A program made the translations under genes and the position numbers. The notes beneath the pieces were generated by a model. It saw only the letters and a program-made list of their open reading frames with translations, searched no databases and was not told the DNA's origin. DNA of 62,423 nucleotides, the filler included, from Basidiobolus ranarum (taxonomy: Eukaryota), in NCBI GenBank assembly GCA_040143965.1. It is 20 parts of 20 records of this genome, joined end to end, with 100 filler letters (N's around TTAATTAATTAA, not from the genome) between each part and the next. Parts side by side here need not be neighbours in the genome. Positions count along the whole stretch, not along the records: positions 25,073 to 28,102 come from JASJQH010002782.1; positions 28,203 to 31,231 come from JASJQH010002783.1; positions 31,332 to 34,359 come from JASJQH010002784.1; positions 34,460 to 37,483 come from JASJQH010002785.1; positions 37,584 to 40,605 come from JASJQH010002786.1; 15 more parts are not named here. One strand, written 5' to 3'. Of this stretch, positions 25,266 to 38,600 are shown in pieces (positions within the stretch are counted from its first letter, which is position 1; the number at the start of each line of letters is the position of its first letter).

Positions 25266-25969
25266 GAAAGAGATTTATTGATTCGAATCACTAGGCGTCC
25301 AAATGAGATCCAGACGGAGCTGATATCTTCCGATGACAATGTCCGAGGTAAAGACGGTAGCCTGGAATCTAGCGAGTATGGTTTGGTGGTTACATCTCAT
25401 TTGTTACAATATTGTAGATTTCTTTGTATAGTCACTGGGTATTGCTCATCTTAACCATTGGGGGTTTCTTGGTATCTTTTTGAGGGATCATTACGACGTT
25501 TTGATATCAATTTCGCGTAATTTTTACATGATTCCTAAATTTTTTGCCCTCCATCCACATCACCACATCCAGAACTGCTATTCAATTGTAAGTATGTTTA
25601 TATCTCGATAGATTCTTTCCGATAGAAATCCGATATAATTTGAAAAGCAGTCTTTTTGGCTAAAAAATAAATACTAGAAGTGTTAATGTTTATTTATAAA
25701 TCTTAGATTTAAACTAAAACTCATAGTAGTAGGTGCAAGTGGATGAGAGTTTGGGGAAGGCGCTCCGATTGATCATAAGTCAGGAGTAGAGAATTGTTAC
25801 CACGGCCGTTGTTAGCTACATATCAATTGAATGGAACAAAATAGCTTGAATAGGAGTGTTTGATAGAATTGGCATCTTTCATTTGAAAGCAATTTAAATA
25901 TGAAATACTGTTCCTTACATAGTTTGGTTTCTTTTGAATAAGCGAAGCAAATGAGTGGTACAAACTCAT

Positions 25970-27114
25970 TTAAAAAGTTTCGTCAACATCCTCATATTCT
26001 TGGAGTTGCATCTCTGCCAATTTTTGTTCTGCATCCTCGGGATCAACGAATCCCTCCTATGGCAATGAATGAAGGGAATACAGGTTAGCTGCTTTCATAC
26101 TAAAATCGAATAGCTAAGGTACCTCAGTTCCATAAAGGACAGAATGAAGAGCTCGAATGACAGTTGTGGCGGGTTCCTCTGGGTCAACATTTTGTCCAGC
26201 AAGCTCCTCAACCATACGTAGTTTATTATAGTAAAAGTCCCGTTCACGCTCCAGAGTTTCCATTTGAGCTTGCATGTCAGCCACTTGGCGATGAAGATCT
26301 TCAACCATAGCCATGTGCTCCGAAGAAGGTGTAAAGCGCGAAGATGAGCTGGATTTGAGAACACCGTTTCTACCGGACCTCGAGCCCGATCGGTCTGTCC
26401 GTTCATACCAGATATTAGTTGAGCCATTGTATTATATGACATTGAGATTAATGATTATACTAACCTGGAGTATGCTTCTGATAGGAGGGTGTTATCGAAC
26501 CTCTTGAGCGTACGCTAGGCGAGAGGGTTCCAGCAGAAGAAGTACTCTTTCTTCTCCTGATTGGATCGTAATTTTCCGGTTCATTGTCTTCGTGAAAGTG
26601 TTTCAGCCACTGAAGAAATTCTAAATTGTCTTGAAAGCGACATTTACAGAGCTTTTCCATTGGGATGTTCTGAGTAGTGGTTGTTATTTCATATTAAGAT
26701 TTTAGGTTATAAGGTAATGATCACAACGTTTGAGGGGATAGAATCGAAGTTACTTTGTCAATTTGGTGTTTTAAAAATGCTCCCTGTAATATCTTGAAAT
26801 TTTTCAAGTATTCGTACTCTTGGTTGGCTTCAAATTTTACTTTAGACATGGGAACATCTCCTAATAACGTTTAACAACGGTTACTTTCAAGGGTAACAAA
26901 AAATAAGCTAGTGGTTTTCACACACCGTAAATAGAATCTACTATTTGACAGTAAGCAGCACCTGTCAAGAATATCTGTTAGAGCTGTAAATCACTTTATA
27001 TCATATAACTAAAGAGATGAGAAATTAACCTGTGCCAAGTTGTTCTATTTTGGTGTAATTGAGCTGTAATAAATCATTCACCCAGGCGAGAAGTTGAGCT
27101 CTACTTTCTCCCAT
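25970..27114 (-). CDS. BIM1: Microtubule plus-end binding protein, EB1/Bim1/Mal3 family (263 aa, 6 exons)
   Basis: Exons 27114-27030, 26961-26926, 26860-26754, 26669-26465, 26394-26123 and 26056-25970 splice in frame with GT-AG. CH domain (MGESRAQLLAWVN, CRFQDNLEFLQW), EBH motif (LERERDFYYNKLR), LYGTEEGF and acidic-aromatic tail DETF*. Confidence 0.96.
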
Positions 27115-28202
27115 GATTACAAGAGTTGGTTTCGAAAGAGGATGTTTTGAAAAGAGAATTACTTTACGTGCAAGTCAAGGCAACGCTTTCTAGTACATAT
27201 TGTCGGGTGTGGAGGTAGTGATTTTTAAATTAGACCATAAATGTGTAACTTTGCGATGATTGATTTCACGACGATTGGCTGAGACGCTTTGACTAAACGC
27301 TCTTGGTATATATCTTATTATATATGTTTTGATATTAACCTTCACTGGAAGGGTATTTGTAGTGTAAAGTCCACATTTGTATGAGTGACTCTAGATACTC
27401 TAATAATGTTTCAAGTCAGCATTGATGGTTTAGTATAGGATTGCTGACTGATTATAGTGTTGATCTAATCCCAGTAGGCTATCATGCATTCCAGCATAAT
27501 CAATGCGCCATTGCAATTCCTAGAGGCTAATACATCCAGCAAATACTAAATCCACCTCAAAGCATGCTGTTCTACTACTCCCAATGAATTACAATACAAG
27601 CTCAACTATTTAATGATGACAGTGCTACTGAAGGAGAATTGATATGGTTAGTCCATGTCGTAAATGTTTCCTCGGAAAACGATACTGTCAGTTGGAAGAA
27701 GCTTGTCTAATGATTCTAAGCCCACTCCCATGTATGTGTGGCTGCCAAGTGATGCAACTTCACTCAATTTCTCTGATACAACAGTATTTAATTCATGCAA
27801 TACTTCCCCACTACATCGATTAGTTAAACTAAAATCGTTAGTCAAAGGTAGGTGTTCGTGTTCTCCAAAACTTATTTACTGCCATCAAACATACCTTTGC
27901 TGACTAACAAAATCCTGAACCAGCAGGATGAGTGCAATGAATAACCCCCTGCAATTAGTTCGATGCGATCAAATATATTTCACCGCTGGTAAAGCCATTC
28001 AGTGTTACCAGCTGGAGGATATAAGCTGTATTGAGCTGAGTAATAATAATATTCATGCTCTAAATACCACAATAAAATCTGAAATCGTATTAGCTTGAAT
28101 TCNNNNNNNNNNNNNNNNNNNNNNNNNNNNNNNNNNNNNNNNNNNNTTAATTAATTAANNNNNNNNNNNNNNNNNNNNNNNNNNNNNNNNNNNNNNNNNN
28201 NN

Positions 28203-30170
28203 CAAGCCACAGACTCTGGATCAAGCTCTGGAGTGTCCAGAATCAGAATTATGGGAAAAAGCAATATCAGATGAGTTTTCTTCACTTCAGGCAAATAAAA
28301 TGCTGGTTTTAAGTCATCTACCATCAGGGTGAAAGCCAATAGGTTGCAAAAAAGTCTACAAAGGCAAAAACCAAGCTGAAGGAGCCATAGAAAGGTACCA
28401 AGCAAGACTGGTTGCACAAGGCTATTCCCAGACCCCTGAAGTTAATTTTAATATACTTTTATTCCAGTACCTAAGTTTAACTTCATTAGATCAACCCCAG
28501 CACTCTCAGTTGTCCATAACCTTGATTTATATCAAAAGGATGTAAAAGCAGCCTTTCTGAATGGAAATCTAGAAGCAGAGCATCCTGATATGGACTGCAA
28601 ACTGCAAAAATTAGTATATAGCCTCAAGAAAGCACCTAGGGCATGGTAAAACAAGATTGATTTCTGAATGGAATCACTAGAATTCCAAAAATGCAAAGCA
28701 GATTGCAGTAATAATAGCATAATAACTGGAAATAGGATCTTATCTTGGCTTGATATTAATAAAAGCGTTTAGGCGATTTGGAAGTGTTTTGGACTAGATT
28801 TGGATATGTGAATTAGACACTAAAGTTTTACTTTCAACATACATGTGGATAACTTCATCATATCCTCAAATGATCTAGAAGCACTTAATCAGATCAAAAG
28901 CAGCTTATCAAACCAATTCCAGATGACTGATGTTGGTTAATTAAGTTATTTTCTTGAAATCCAAATTGAGAGAGATAAACCCAAGCAGAACATCACACTG
29001 AGTAAGTCTAGAAAGAACCTGGATATCCTAAAATGCTTAAACATGCAGAATAGCCACCCTGTAGCAACACCAATTGATCTCAATGTAAAATTAATCAATA
29101 TTTCATCTGATTTGGCCCAAAATTTCTCAAATCAAAGCCAGGAGTTCTCTTTTTAATCCATAGTGGGTAGTTTAATGTATACAATGGTTGGAACACGTCC
29201 AGACATTACTGTAGCAGTGGGAATTGTCAGCCATTATCTCAAAAATCCAGGATGTGAGAACAAAACTGCAGTAAAACAAATATTTAGATTTTTGAGAGGA
29301 ACTGTAGATCTGGTTTTGGAACACTCTGCCACTGCTGATGCACAAATTTGGAAGGCTACAGTGATGCAGACTGGGGAAGAAACCTTGATGATCAAAGCTT
29401 AACAACTGGGTACACATTTCTCTATGGTAATGGAGGCATAACTTGCAATTGCTAGAGGCAACCAACTGTAGCACTTTCCACTACAGAAGCAGAGTATATG
29501 GCTGTCTCTGCAACTACACAAGAAGCTATATGGGGAAGGAAGTTATTGACAGACATAGGATACATGCAAAAATGTACTTTACTGTATTTGAAGATAATGA
29601 AGTTGCATTTCATTAGCTAAAAACCCTACATTTCAAGCTAGAACAGATCATAAGGATACTAGGCATCATTTTGTTATTGAAGCAATAGAGAACAATATAA
29701 TTGAACTTATCTAGTGCCCTACTGAAAAAATGATAGCTGATATCTTAACCAAACTTTTAGATAAAGCAAAATTCAAATTATTAAGATACAAGTTAGGTTC
29801 AAGAGAAATATAAATAATTACTGGACAGGTAATGTTCAAATTAGGTAAATAGCAACTCATTATTTAAAAGTTGGTTTATTCATATTCTGATTATTTAGCA
29901 CTCAATTCTGTGAGTGAAAATGTGTCAGTATTGCTCTAATTGATATTTCTATCAATTAGATCACTTTTACCAATTTTCACTATTTTCTCAAAACCTCTTC
30001 AAATTTCACCCATGCTTAACAGGCTGTTTGTTATGATCTAAGCATATCCAATAGTACTATTTCATAATTAACTATAAAGAGGATATATTCAATCAAATAA
30101 AACATAAGTGTCTAATTCCCAAAGCCAAATCTTGTCCAGAACAGTTCTAAAAACGCTAAACTCTTTTTAA
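28203..30170 (+). mobile_element. Degenerate copia RT/RNase H followed by LTR family B (29833-~30170)
   Basis: DVKAAFLNG, VGTRPDI, YSDADW, VALSTTEAEYMA and ADILTK motifs. The LTR matches 49539-49889. Confidence 0.9.
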
Positions 30171-30174
30171 GTAA

Positions 30175-31231
30175 GCCAAGGAACAGCTAAGGGATCATAT
30201 GTCATGTTCAGCAAGCCTAGATGCACTATCAGAGATCAGGACAATACTAAATTAGGTACTGATATTAAACTCAAAACTTATACCAGCTACAAAGTAACAA
30301 ATTGCATTCTGAACATGGAAATTGTCCAAAACCAGTGAAATAAGCTGTACAATGTAGCATCAAAGATTTGGCTGCATTGGAAAACAAGAGTTGACCCAAA
30401 TGATTCAAAATCAGCCTGTTGCCAGCTTAAAAATTGACAATATTAATGAATTGGATCTGGGTGAAGGTTGCCTATATGGAAAGCATCACAGACAGCCATG
30501 TTCAAGCTCTGGAGAAATTAATTCCACTCAGAATCTTGGCCTGATTCATTCTGATAGATCTGGGCTAATGAAGGATGTATAACTAGGTGGCAAAGAGTAC
30601 TATATGATGTTTATTGATGTAAAAATAAGATACATTTGAGAATTCTTTCTTAAATCAAAATCTGAAGTCTTGATTATATTCAAGAACTACAATGCAATGG
30701 TAGAGTAAGAATCACAACAAGAAAATTAAGGTACTAGGAAATGATAATGGGGAGAATACTATTCTAAAGACTTTGCTGGTTCTTGCTCTAAAATTGGAAT
30801 TATGCAACAAACACACTGTACCTTTAACTCCAATGGAAAATGGAGTAGCAGAACGTGCTCAAAGGACTGTAATCAAGATGGTAAGATAAACATTACTTTA
30901 TCAAAATTTGGATTACCTATATTGAGCTGAATCTGTCTCCACCAAGGTCTTTATCAGAATGGATTCCCAGCAAGTTTGCTGCAAAATTCTGCTTCATTGG
31001 AAGCCTTGTATGCATCAAAACCAAATATTGATCATCTCAGGATCTTTGGTCACACAGCATATAGCCTAATTTGAGCTCGAAAAGCTCTAAATCTGAGCAC
31101 AAAAGCAGTAAATGCCTATTACTTGGTTACTGTGATGCATCCTAGGCCTATCAACTGTTAGATACAAGAATTAGAAGTTGATTAAGTATAGAGTTTTGAT
31201 TTTTGTTGAGAAACTAAATTTTTCACATCAA
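30175..31231 (+). mobile_element. Degenerate copia GAG-pre-integrase/integrase
   Basis: EGCLYGKHHR, LIHSD, DNGGEY, NGVAER and HLRIFG motifs. Confidence 0.88.
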
Positions 31232-31331
31232 NNNNNNNNNNNNNNNNNNNNNNNNNNNNNNNNNNNNNNNNNNNNTTAATTAATTAANNNNNNNNNNNNN
31301 NNNNNNNNNNNNNNNNNNNNNNNNNNNNNNN

Positions 31332-31540
31332 GCAGCTGGTGGCTTTGTACAGTGACCATGCTTGTGATTGTTTTTTCTATGAAACCTCCGGCTTTCATAG
31401 CACAAGAATTTGCGACAATAATAGCAGGGCTTCTTTAAATGTTTGTGTTGCGGCATGAGAAGGATATTGTAGAAAAAAGAACACCTCCCACGTAAGGGTG
31501 GTATTTTAGGTATAGCCCATCAATATTATCAGCTGATTCT
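31332..31540 (-). mobile_element. CACTA transposase 5' fragment
   Basis: Homologous to 60616-60815. Confidence 0.7.
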
Positions 31541-31599
31541 GAGACAGTGTCACAGATGAGTCATCAGGGGATTTACAAGATATTTCTGGTAATGGATGG

Positions 31600-32045
31600 C
31601 AATTTTGGCAATCTTGTGCTATTTCATTTAGCTTACCTTGAATAGATGTCATATTTGTTGGAATATTTCATGAAATCTAACCAATCATATCATCTCAGTA
31701 ATAGTATATATCTGCCACAGCCTTCCTTGGAAGGTCACCTGAACATCCTTACATCATCCCCCTTTGTATAGGTTCTTGTGGTCACAACAACCCAACACTT
31801 GAACTTGCCCCAGTATATTGCCTATTCAGTATATTATATGTCACTCTGCAATATCTATATAAACTTCCTGTTTTCCTTGACTAGAACTCAGTCTGATCAA
31901 CACCAGTTAGCAATAACAATTCTTGCCCAAGTTTCTTCCCTGTTGAGTCTTGTCTTGTCTTGCCTTGAGTTCCATACCCAAGTGCCCTGCTACTTTCTAG
32001 CTTCTCTGTCTGCTTCAGGTCCTTGTCCAGTTACTTATTGTGACA
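31600..32045 (+). repeat. LTR family E
   Basis: Ends TTGTGACA, has a TATA-like ctatataaa near 31856, and is the reverse of 57704 onward. Confidence 0.7.
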
Positions 32046-32059
32046 GGGACTATAGAGGA

Positions 32060-32530
32060 TAAGATTATACACTTAACTTCTTGTTCCACAGAAGATATGA
32101 TTGCTGATATATGACCCAGATCATTAGCTAGATGGAATTTAAGAAATTAAGGGTTTGTTAGGATTAGCGTATATGACTGTTTAGTTGAAGGATAGTGTTG
32201 AGATTAACTTTGCCTAAGCACCTATGTAGGCATGTATAGCTTACTACAGAGCTGTCTTATATTTCACTAAGATATTACTCATCATTCTTGATTGGAGTTT
32301 ACTTGCAACATTTCTAGAAACTTAGGAGTTGTGAGATATATTGATGTTTAAACTTTTGCTGGAAGCCTCAAACTTTGCACATCCTGGCTTGACATATTCT
32401 ATATATTAGTTTATTTACATCTTGACAAAACTGTAAATGTCAACTTTCTACTCAATAAGTCATCAAGTGTGAACAACTAATTTCCCTAATTCACCAAACC
32501 ACTTCCAACAGGCTCCCAAATATTTTAACA
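32060..32530 (+). mobile_element. Copia family A RNase H end and 3' LTR (32196-32530)
   Basis: CSTEDMIADI, degenerate PPT gaaggatag, TGTTG...TAACA. Confidence 0.85.
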
Positions 32531-32859
32531 AAATCATGAATTTGGCAGGCTTCTGATGAAGATTAAAAATATCAGGATCTAATCAAAAGAATGACAATCG
32601 ACTTAATGGGCTATAGGAAACCTTCCAATGAAGGTCAAAAATGCTTTAAGAACTAAGTAACACATCCTGTGATTACTGTGCAAGAACTGGCCATATAAGC
32701 AAAGATTTGTACAAGGAATTGATAAAGAAGTGATACAAACTGAATCTGGATTTGTGGTTACAACAGTATATCCCTTGTTCATAGCTGCTCTATTTATGAC
32801 TAGCAACAAGGATTCTCAGATACCATGACAGGTAACTTGGGATCAAGCAATGTTTCAAC

Positions 32860-33420
32860 AACATAACTTAAACTTTGCTCATGAGTTACTTGTTGATCAA
32901 ATATCTGGTCTTCAAATCTTCAGTGACTTATTTGTGATCTGTTGAAAAATTTGACAAAGTGCTCTATGACTAAAGGAAACTGCATCAAATCCTACCATTG
33001 CAATAATGTTGTAAAGCTGGCATCCTACAGTTGACTGATGGGTACAATACAACCAGGTGCCACTTGACATCAAGCTTCTTCCAGATATCTGCATGAGCAA
33101 CATTGCAATCAAACCATGTTTAATCTTATTCTCAAGAGACAACCTGCCATATAATCTGTACCATCTTTGCACACAAGATTTTCAAAGTATTCCCCAGGAA
33201 ATCTTTTATATTTCACAAGCCCTTCTATTTAAATACTACTCACTTTGATTAATGGTTTTCCTGCACCTTTTTCTTGTTTTTCTGTTTACTGCTGACATCA
33301 ACACTTTAAATTGTCCAAGCTAAGGTTAGAAAGCTATGGAACAAAGTTGCTGCTGATGTATGTTATCCATATGTCAAAGATATTGCACAATTATTTTATC
33401 CTCAAACTTTTTGCACTGGT
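32860..33420 (-). pseudogene. Distant homologue of the CACTA ORF2 C-terminal region
   Basis: LIAMLLMQISGRSLMSSGT resembles FSLVLTVQISGKHLIQSGT of ORF 21953-22150. Confidence 0.5.
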
Positions 33421-33434
33421 GTGCTTAGTTGTAT

Positions 33435-34359
33435 AGACTTGTTCCATTGGACCAGGTCAGATCATGCCGCTTGATCCAGCCTGCTAGTACACCATCTGGT
33501 AAATCTGTCAATTACCATGGCTGGGTCCTATAACACTCAATCAGACACTATAAGGAACAATATGGCACTATCCCACCACAATTGGACACAATGATTTTTT
33601 TGGAGATATTGTGCCAGCCCATACCAAGTTACCCGATTTAGTATTGCCAAATTACGATTTTGGGAAACTGACAAAGTAAATTCATCCTCTAGTTTGTAAC
33701 TTACAAATTACTGAATGTGTAACAATAAACAACTTATACTGTAACTTACCCAATCAAATGTATAATTGAGACATTCACATGTTTTTAGGCCAATCATTTG
33801 TCCCTCACTAACACAGTATCCTGTTTTTCAATTGGGCACAACAGCTCCTGCATTACAAAACACCAGTAGTTTTGGCACACTGGTGACAAATCACATTACT
33901 CAACAATGGATCGATCTGCAGTATGATAGTAGTGATCAGGATTGCTTGATTCATCATTTTTAGATCAGCAAATTATTTATTCAATCATGTAAGCTTCTAA
34001 TTGGGTGAAAATGTGAATGGATTGAGCCATATTGAGCCAATATGGCTGCTCAAGCTTTTTATTGACAGACATTTTTCATTTGATTGTAGTGAAATCACTT
34101 GTATTAATAGGCTATCATTGATTTTTTTGATATATGACAATTTCATGCTATCAGTGTTTCATAAACACATAGGCAATTGTGATCTAACTAAAGTGATTTA
34201 TGCTATATTTAACTGCAATCCATATTGATTTTGCATGATGCGCTAAACAGTAAAGATAGGATAATGTAAGTATTAACAAGAGTATTCAGCAGTTGCCTAG
34301 GTTTGAAGCAGTACATGCTGATTTGCTTCTGTTACTTTTGTTGTCTCCTTGATATTTCC
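33435..34359 (+). mobile_element. Long member of the GACTTGTTCC-TIR family
   Basis: Collinear with 20907-21841; many differences fall at former CpG sites. Confidence 0.8.
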
Positions 34360-35775
34360 NNNNNNNNNNNNNNNNNNNNNNNNNNNNNNNNNNNNNNNNN
34401 NNNTTAATTAATTAANNNNNNNNNNNNNNNNNNNNNNNNNNNNNNNNNNNNNNNNNNNNCTAAATAAAGTCCACCCCATCTGGTGCTTTTCATCCCCCTC
34501 TAAGTCTTCTCAAGCAGTATGTGATACCAGTTCTGGAATATGAAGTACATCTACTCCCACTCCATCAAAGAGACTACTCTAAGATTGATAGATTCATCAG
34601 CTTCTGCTTCAGGCTGCTGATGCCTGACTTGCCTGAGACTCCCTATGATCCTGCTCTGAATGAAACATTTTTATTCATCCCATATCATGTTAGAGTAGTT
34701 TTACTCAGGCAAGATTTCTACTCCAACTAAATGACTGCAGAAATCCACTGATTAAGAAGTGGCCAGCCACATCATCTTCAAATGCACTATCATGCTGGAA
34801 ATTGATACAAGATGATCCTCTTGTTTCTGAGTTAGCTTTACAGCTGCATAAAACAAAGCAGCCTAAAATTGTTGCAATAGACATCCAGCTTGACCATTGG
34901 AAGCAATACCTTGCCTCCAGGACACCTCTCTTAATTCCCATGATTCCAGGTTTTTGTCCTATTGTCAATCTAGTCCATACTGAGTACCTTCCTTTCTGCT
35001 TGGCACCTCTGCACCTTAACACTGTATTTCCATCCTCTGAATTTGATTACATTGGTCATCAAGTTAAGCATGGTCATGATCCAGCATTGTCCCAATATCT
35101 TAAAAGTTTAATGTCTTGATTGTAACATTGTTTAGATTAGTACTTAAGCTAAATAAAGTCCACACCACATGGTTCTTTTCATCCCCCTAACACTCTAGTT
35201 CTCCAAATCACTTCCAACAGGCTCCCCCTTACTTCAGCAGGTACTAGTTCAAATCAGGTAAAAGGTAATACATAGAGTAAGTTCAAGAAGGTCCAAGGAA
35301 CATTTTTACAAATCTTGGGGTCTCTTAGACAAGCTTGAGAAAATTATGCTATATGAGAACTTCCAAGTAAGTAAGAATATTTTATGTAAGTTCCCAGTAA
35401 CAATTCATAATGATAACCTAGTGCTATTTAGGTAGCCAGCTATTTAACAATGTTGAAGTGTAAGCTATATCATATTCAACAAATGGTACCTGTTTCAAAG
35501 TTTCATTTGTAATATCAGTTATTCTAGCTTTCTGTCTCATTGTCCATATGGCTAATCCTGGCTTCCTTCCCTTGTGTTTAGCACTTTCCCCCCAGATGCT
35601 ATATTCATAACTTAAAACCTTGAATACATTAGTAGCCAAGTAGATACAATCCTATATTGTCATGATATAGTAGGAGATTCCCTAAAATCACCTATATAGT
35701 TTTATTACTGGTAATGAATGAACTAAGTATATTGATGCTAATTCAGAGAGCTGCAAGTGGATTTTTTCAGACTTG

Positions 35776-37483
35776 CTATTCATTAAGCAATATGAATTTG
35801 ACAAAAAGATCACGCGGATGTAATAAAAGGGTGGACTTGAATTGAATTTCATCACTATGAGGACTGTCATCAGGAACCTGCAGCTGGTACCTGCGAACTG
35901 TAAAAGTATAAATAATATTGCTTCAGAACTGTAGGCATAGGAGCACGGTAGCACAAACACTTTTATAACAAAAGACTAACCTAGCATAGATAGCGTTATC
36001 TTCATCTCCATCACTGAAAAGCCTTGGCCCACACCTAAATAATACAACGTTACTCTTAAATCGATTCTTACGCACACTCAATGAATACTTACATGTACGT
36101 TCCCCACCAGAAAACGGATTCCATGCTGGCAAATCACGGAGACGTCCTTCAGGGGTTAACCACCTGTCCGGATCGAACTCGTTAGGATTCTCCCAATACT
36201 CGTCAGATCGATGTAGTGCATAAATGTTCAAAGTTACTAGTGCTCCTTTAGGAACAGGTACATCCCCGATAGTGGTGTTGCGGGCGGCTGTTCTGGTTGG
36301 TAGCAACGGTGCGGATGGATATAGGCGTAAAGTCTCCTTTATTACGGCGTCCAAATACTCTAAGGCTAAAATAACAATGCTTAGATAGGCAAGTATTACT
36401 ATAAGCGCATTAGAAACCTACATTTGATTTCGGCAGTTGAAGGTATCTCCTTCGTGGACGTGTGAGCTCTAAAGGCACGAGCTACCTCATCTCTAACTTT
36501 GACTTGAATATCTTTGTGCTTGGCCAGTAAGTAAATTGCACAAGTGAGCGAATTTGCGGTCGTATCTTTAAATGCGTTAATTACTCAGCCTCCCAAACAC
36601 ATTTACATAAAGCATTACCATGACCGGCCAAGAGAAATACAGACATCTCATCCTAAAAGTTCCCAATTTAGTTCACAAACTTCAGCTGGAATTGCCGTTG
36701 GAAAAGCTAAAATTGCCGTTGGAAAACTTACAATGATTTCTTCCAATTCCAGTCTTTTGTCAAGCCATGCTTGAACAAGCACTGTCAGTATATCCTGGGT
36801 TTTTTGCTCATCCGACCCATTTTGAATCTCCAGGGATTTTTTCAGTGCTAGGTCTCTTAACATTTGTCGGAAATTCTCTACTGCCTGATGATCTTTTGTC
36901 CGCCTTCCAATTGGAAAAGAATCTAGAATGGGAACAAGCATGTATACAATATCACTGGCTGCATCAACCGCTGAAAAATACACTTCAACGTGCTCACTCG
37001 CAGGGTTGCGAATTGCCTATACGTTTAAATAAAATCAACACCGCTGCTAGTTCTACACCGTTGCTACCTCTACACCGTCACTAGCCCTACACTTACCTGA
37101 AAGTCAAAACCATACAGGACCGATCCAAGAGTATCCAATGCCACACTAAGTTACAGCCTGTTAGCGACTACACACTTGGGTTATTGGTTTAACATAATTA
37201 CAATTTCATTATCTGATACAGCTCGGGGGTGGAATCTGCTTCGTCTATGGAGGTGATGAGATCGAGCACGACTTTGCCAAATTTAGCTGGCTCCCAGCCC
37301 AACCGAAATAGTGGATTGACGACTCCTCGACGCAGTTTCCAATCCTGGTCATACAGCAATATTAGTTATGCAGTTCTCAGGAATGCAGAAATGCTGTATA
37401 CAAATCTAACCTTTCCATTACTTGAAGAAAACATTAGGATTCAATTCTATAATGGTTAGGAGAGGTGATGCTTACGAAAATGC
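35776..37483 (-). CDS. Cytochrome P450, multi-exon, 5'-truncated by the contig end
   Basis: Spliced I-helix AGHDTT, K-helix ETLR and FDPDRW. Heme motif FSGGERTCVG is split by intron 36092-36035. Last exon 35897-35776 ends ...DLFVKFILLNE*. Confidence 0.93.
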
Positions 37484-37583
37484 NNNNNNNNNNNNNNNNN
37501 NNNNNNNNNNNNNNNNNNNNNNNNNNNTTAATTAATTAANNNNNNNNNNNNNNNNNNNNNNNNNNNNNNNNNNNNNNNNNNNN

Positions 37584-37661
37584 CTATGATCAATTTCAAT
37601 CACATTTACTCTGATATATTGATCCAAGGTCCGATAAATCTTGGCACAATGGAACAAGTCC
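37584..37661 (-). mobile_element. Partial MITE copy (reverse) inserted in gypsy gag
   Basis: Reverse complement of the first ~78 bp of 53428-53610; ends GGAACAAGTCC. Confidence 0.75.
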
Positions 37662-38600
37662 ATAATCCAGCACTACCCACTATCCTGCAAATCCAACTCC
37701 TGAACCCAAGATCTTCTTAACAAACAAGTTTGATGGCACTTGCCAAAACTGTTGTGGTTTTATTAACCAAGTTGAGCTCATCATTGAGTTACATCCCCAT
37801 TGCTACCACTCTGGCCAAATAAAAGTAGGCTTAGTGAGAACAGTACTACCAGGAACACCTCTATCTTAGTTTGCTCCTTTGATGGAGAGTTATTCTCCAC
37901 TTCTTTCAAACTTCCTTGCCTTTCTTGCTAAACTGGAAGCCACATTTGGAAATGCAGATATCAAAAGGGCTTTGGCCACCAAGCTCCATGCCCTGAAACA
38001 TGATCAAATCCTGCATCAACTTATGCTGCAGAATTGTGCTTTTTTGCATATGATTGCAATTGGAGAGAATCTGCCCTGATCGACCAATTTGAATATGGAC
38101 TCCAAGAAAATAGTAAGGATCTTTTGCTAACCATGGCTGACCCAGGGACCTTGACTGATGATATCAGGCAGTCAAATGTGACAGCTGGTTGTTTGAAAGA
38201 CAACAACAAAGAAATGTGGCTCCTTTCTTCTCTCCTGCCTCATTTACTTTCAGACCTCCCTTTGATTAAACACAAAATACAGTTCAAGCAGATGACCCAA
38301 TGCAAATTGATGGAACTCAATTGAGAAAGCTTAGCCCTGAAGAGAAATATTGATGCCAACATGAGATTCTATGCCTCTATTGTGGAGCTCCAGGACATGC
38401 AGCAAGCACTTGTCCCCAAAAGAATCCTGGATATAAGTTCAACCATATGCAAGCAGAAGAGAACTCTTCCCAACCCTTGGAAAACTTCAATGCCCAGCTG
38501 CAATAATGGGCATGCAGTTGGGCCAACCATCTTCAAAAACATTTCCACAACATACATTGCAATCTCTGCAGTCATACCAATCATTAAAGCTGCCCGTTAC
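37662..38600 (+). mobile_element. Degenerate Ty3/gypsy gag
   Basis: PEPKI...KFDGT..GFINQV, FLAKLEATFG, LIDQFEYGL and zinc knuckle CLYCGAPGHAASTC. Confidence 0.85.

Noticed and set aside
36690..36730. 21-bp tandem duplication (AATTGCCGTTGGAAA) in the P450 gene
   Set aside because: It falls inside an intron and has no evident coding effect.
37649..37680. ATG GAA CAA GTC as the gypsy gag start codon
   Set aside because: It lies within the MITE terminal repeat.
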